Shown here in pieces: positions 50,552-54,315 of a stretch of DNA of 54,315 nucleotides (its first letter is position 1; every line of letters begins with the position of its first letter). Both the position numbers and the translations under genes were made by a program. The notes under the pieces were generated by a model. It did no database searches. It was not told where the DNA came from and saw nothing but the letters and a program-made list of their open reading frames with translations. Source of the DNA: Girardia tigrina. Lineage: Eukaryota. The DNA lies in assembly GCA_001938485.1 (NCBI GenBank), contig MQRK01245379.1, positions 1-54,315 on the forward strand, read 5' to 3'.

Positions 50552-51290
50552 ATAAACCGTGACTGATTGCAGTTTTCTGAATAAATCTTTTTATTTCTCG
50601 TTGGACTTCTCCACTGACGAAACAGAATAGTAAACTGACGAGAATTAAATGCATGATGGATATATAATTTGATAAATTCAGTCTTCTTTGCAGTGACATT
50701 ATCGGCATTTTTACTTGAATATCACAAAATTATAACTTTTGAGCTTTTCTTATTGCTGCGCAATTATAAAGAAATATTTTGGATACAGAGCTACCACAGT
50801 AATTTAGAACATTGAAATGAAATCACGGAGAAACTGTGAACTGTACAAAAAGATTCATTTAATTAAGTGTTTTGGATCTGGACGCTTTTCTATTCGTTTT
50901 TTATAAGTAAATCATCTCTATAAATTTTATTTGAAATTGATGGCAAAGGATCCGATTTCTTTCAATTTATTTGTTTAAATTATCACTTTTTCGACAATTT
51001 TGATGGAGATACATATTCAATCTCAGGGGTTTCCGGGTCTTTCAATTCGATTTCGAAATTATTAATTTCAATGACTTCCGATTTGTTCAATGTTTCTTTT
51101 ACGGAGATTTTGTTAGACACTTGATGACAACTTCGGACTCTACTATTCGGTGACATCATCCTCAGGCCAACAAGCCTCTTCTCAGGGTAAAATTATTTTT
51201 TTTGTAAATTATCGTGAAACAGTATCCAATTAATTGTATCTTGTCTATCCTGTATCCAATTTTTACTGTTGAATATTTTTACGGTTTGTG
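50552..51290 (-). pseudogene. Class B (secretin-family) GPCR pseudogene, intronless with deletions
   Basis: In order: ACWP...PNSRVRSC (hormone-binding domain), MNLFV.SQFLRDF (TM2), IRKA.K (ICL3/TM6) and VSLLFCFVSGEVQREIKR (TM7/helix 8). Confidence 0.7.
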
Positions 51291-51749
51291 AAAAGTAAAA
51301 AGAATATTTTAAATCTACATTTAAAGCTTTACAGTTTACGTGAATAAAGATTTTGATTTTACAAACTCAATCTAAATTAAAAATTTTATAGTTTTGAAAA
51401 CTGTGCGAAAATAATTTTGTCTGCTTTACTATATTTTATTGATACTTTATTTTTTTTATTATATTTTTTTAATTTTAGAAATATCTTTTGATTTTAAAAT
51501 AAAGTTTTAATAAATGAAATTTGTCTCTTTAATTTTGAAATGTATCTTCATTTTTGAAATTTGTCATTTTTTATGAAATACCCTCTATTCACGTTGGTGA
51601 TACTATTCGAAAATAAACGTTATTTATCTTTAAAAAAACAATTAATTTATTGCCAATCAGTAAATTATATTTCTTATTATTTTTCAATTTCATCGAATAC
51701 GCATTTGTTTAAATAATACTGTTTTCATAGAAACTGGTTATTATTTGAA

Positions 51750-51857
51750 ATGGCTGAAGAATCCATCAGTGGTTTGGATAATATCATAACAGAATTTAAC
51801 ACTTATGAAGATTTCCTCGATTCACAAATAACCCCATTAGATTTGTTTTATTTGGAA
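51750..51857 (+). CDS. CFAP299: CFAP299 (C4orf22/DUF4464)-like gene, first coding exon; remainder not found in the window
   Basis: MAEESISGLDNIITEFNTYEDFLDSQITPLDLFYLE followed by a phase-0 GT donor; matches the CFAP299 N-terminus (YEDFLDSQIT..DL.YLE). Confidence 0.9.
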
Positions 51858-52376
51858 GTTCGATTTAATTGTTTTCTTAATAATTTTGACGAAAATAATT
51901 TCTAATGTTTTTTTTTATTTAAAAACTAAAGAAAAAAGCCATTTAATCAATTTAAAGTCATACGTGTACTTGGTTATCGGTCCTCATCGGTTTTAAAATT
52001 CAAATCTGTGTAAAAATTCAACTTAAACCCTTTAAGTTGTTTCAATGCCTCTTTTTTTAGATTTTATTAGAAATTTGATTCTGCTATTCTTTTAATAGTT
52101 TTAAAAATACTCAAAAATTATTTTATTTCATTTCTAATAATATTCTTTTATTTTTAAATAAAAAATCTATTTTTTCTAAATTCTTAAAATCGTATAATTT
52201 AAAAAATTAATAAATTTTAATAAGAGAAAATCGGTTTTCATTATAAGAACAATATTTTTAAATTCTCAAAATTAACTGAAAACTAAAAAAATAATTAAAA
52301 ATTTTAATAAATTGATTTTTAGAAATAAATAAGAATTATCCAATATTAACTTAACAAATAAATAAAAGTTATTTAA

Positions 52377-52603
52377 CACTAGAACGCCCAAGCAGTCATT
52401 TTTGACAACAAGGCAATTTTAAACTGAGCTTATTTTAAGACAATCCTAATGACTTGATTTTTTCAAGCTCACATCAATATTGTTTAATATTTAACAAAAT
52501 TATAAAAAGTATTAAAACATTAAGTCGATAGAAATTATTGTCTTAAATTGGCGTCATTTAAAATTGCTCTGCGGTCAAAAATGACCGCGTGGGCGTCCTA
52601 ATG
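52377..52603. mobile_element. piggyBac-type MITE (227 bp)
   Basis: TTAA-cactagaacgcccaagcagtcatttttgac ... gtcaaaaatgaccgcgtgggcgtcctaatg-TTAA. Confidence 0.85.
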
Positions 52604-53309
52604 TTAAAAAAATATAAAAGAAATTAAAAACAAAATCTTCTAGAAATAAATTAAAATAATTTATTAAATATTTCTTGCAAAACCGAAAAAACGGAGAAAG
52701 TTTAACAACTCAAATGAAAACAACGTACGAGAAAAATATCCAAAATACTGCCAAATTCAAATTTATCCATTTAATTTACACTCCACAGGTGGGTATCCAT
52801 CACTAAATACACCTCAAACAAAATATAAAAAATACTTCTTTACAAACCACTCTTTTATTGTCGTTGATTCTACTGTGGAAAACTGCCCAGACCACTTAGA
52901 TCGACTGAAATTTTCCCGGAACGGAATTTTGCGGGCTTTTTTGCAGATTGAAGTTCTATTTAAGAGGAAGTTACATAATCGATATGACTTTGTCGATTTC
53001 TGCAGCTTGACTCTGAATCAATCGAAATGTTAACTATCATCAGGGTTTTTTAAGGCCATTTTGGGTGTACAATGTACAAGCCAACTTTTGTAGATGTACA
53101 CCTAAAAATTTGGCTATATATAGGTAAATCATGGGTTCATTAAAAAATACTCACACTGCTATCCCATCCTCTCTCTTTCCCTCTCGCACATACACGCACC
53201 TAAACAAGGTTATTTATAATTGTATACTTATTTAATAAGTATAAGACATTCTTTTGTTCTTAACCCTTTAAATCCAGTGTGCATGTGTGATGTAACAATT
53301 TTTGAGTAA

Positions 53310-53915
53310 AAATAAATATGTTATACTGTACACCCACATTTTCTTAGGTTACACTCAGATGAGTGAATCCATTCTGTAATTTCTGAGAGCTCACTTTTCC
53401 TCGGAGCTCCAACTTTTTTAACAATCCCTTTTCTTCTTTAATGTAGAGGGAAAGTGATGTTTTATCATTTACATGATATTTTCCAGTAATCGAGCATGAA
53501 TGTTGAGGTTCTCTTGACAGCACTGAGTCGCTTCTTACACATTTTCACGTTGAGAAAATAAGGCCCAAACTGCAAGCATAGTTTCCTTATTTACAGGGAA
53601 TGCAGCATGTTATCTTTTGTTCCATTACTGATATTTAAGACATTTGCGAGTTGTTCCTTCGTTACTTTCCCTTTATTTTGCATTATAATTTTTAGTTTTT
53701 AAATTTTCTCTATCAATTTCTCGTCATCTTCCTCTCCTTTCTTCATTGTGTACATTCGCTCTGTCGTATTAAAATTCTTTAACTACTTGTAAGTTGTCGA
53801 TCGAGACGTCGTCTTCACCATAGACATCTCTTAGTTTCTGCATTATTTGATCAGGTTTAATTTTCTTTAGACTCAAAAACTTAATTATACTGCGTTTTTC
53901 AATGTTCAGTTTTTA
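53310..53915 (-). mobile_element. Heavily decayed and deleted mariner (irritans-like)
   Basis: EKRSIIKFL...LRDVYGED, an EERRGR-like linker and HHFPSTLKK remnants. Confidence 0.7.
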
Positions 53916-54315
53916 ACTCCAAAAATGCTAAACTTTTAAGTTAAAAATTTAATTATCATGTTTTTTTCTTTTTTTAAAGCAATTTTTCCATATTATCTTT
54001 GAATTTGCATTCACCCAGTCTCCAAAATTGAGATTTGTAATCATTATTCTTCAATTGTAATACTTCAATTATGATTCAATTGTGTAATAATTTGCTTGCA
54101 TTTAAATTGTAAAGGGTGAAAAATTCTTGCATCGATGGTTGCTTCAGTATGTGATTCAATTGTTTTTAGCTTCAAATACAAGAATATCTCTGTCATGTAA
54201 GTTTTTTAGCAGAATATCTGAACTCAAATATAGGATCTATCAGCTTTGAAAGCAAATGATTTTTTTTCATTCACAGTAGGGGAAAAATGTATGTTCTCCA
54301 CCACCACCACCCCCC

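Noticed and set aside
51950-52012. VLGYRSSSVLK, resembling CFAP299 exon 2 (ELGYRG)
   Set aside because: No in-phase acceptor, stops nearby and the LARQLVE motif is missing.
1-54315. CRISPR arrays, rRNA or tRNA genes, prokaryotic operons
   Set aside because: None seen; the sequence is eukaryotic.

Overview
AT-rich eukaryotic genomic DNA with seven N-gaps, short (about 45-60 nt) GT-AG introns and very dense DNA-transposon debris. The style suggests a planarian flatworm (inference). Host genes: a complete 7-exon, 390-aa SPATA48/SPMIP7-like gene on the minus strand (27227-42842) and exon 1 of a CFAP299-like gene on the plus strand (51750), arranged head-to-head. About 14 Tc1/mariner copies from several subfamilies are present (DD34D mariners, DD37E, DD41D-like, Tc1), including a triple nest. 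There are also a decayed hAT transposase, three piggyBac-type MITEs, and Penelope-like fragments, one with a minimal hammerhead ribozyme core. Pseudogenes include an EF1-gamma-like GST fold, a class B GPCR and a possible Ulp1-like protease. The most interesting region is 44.9-50.4 kb: a decayed chuvirus-like (class III, gB-type) fusion glycoprotein gene that the ORF track barely touches. It is followed by an antisense, apparently non-coding unit with six introns and triplicated exon modules, PPT-like tracts, and a second divergently oriented mini-intron unit. Together these suggest the 3' part of an env-bearing LTR retroelement. All protein-family calls come from motifs recognised by eye, not from database searches.
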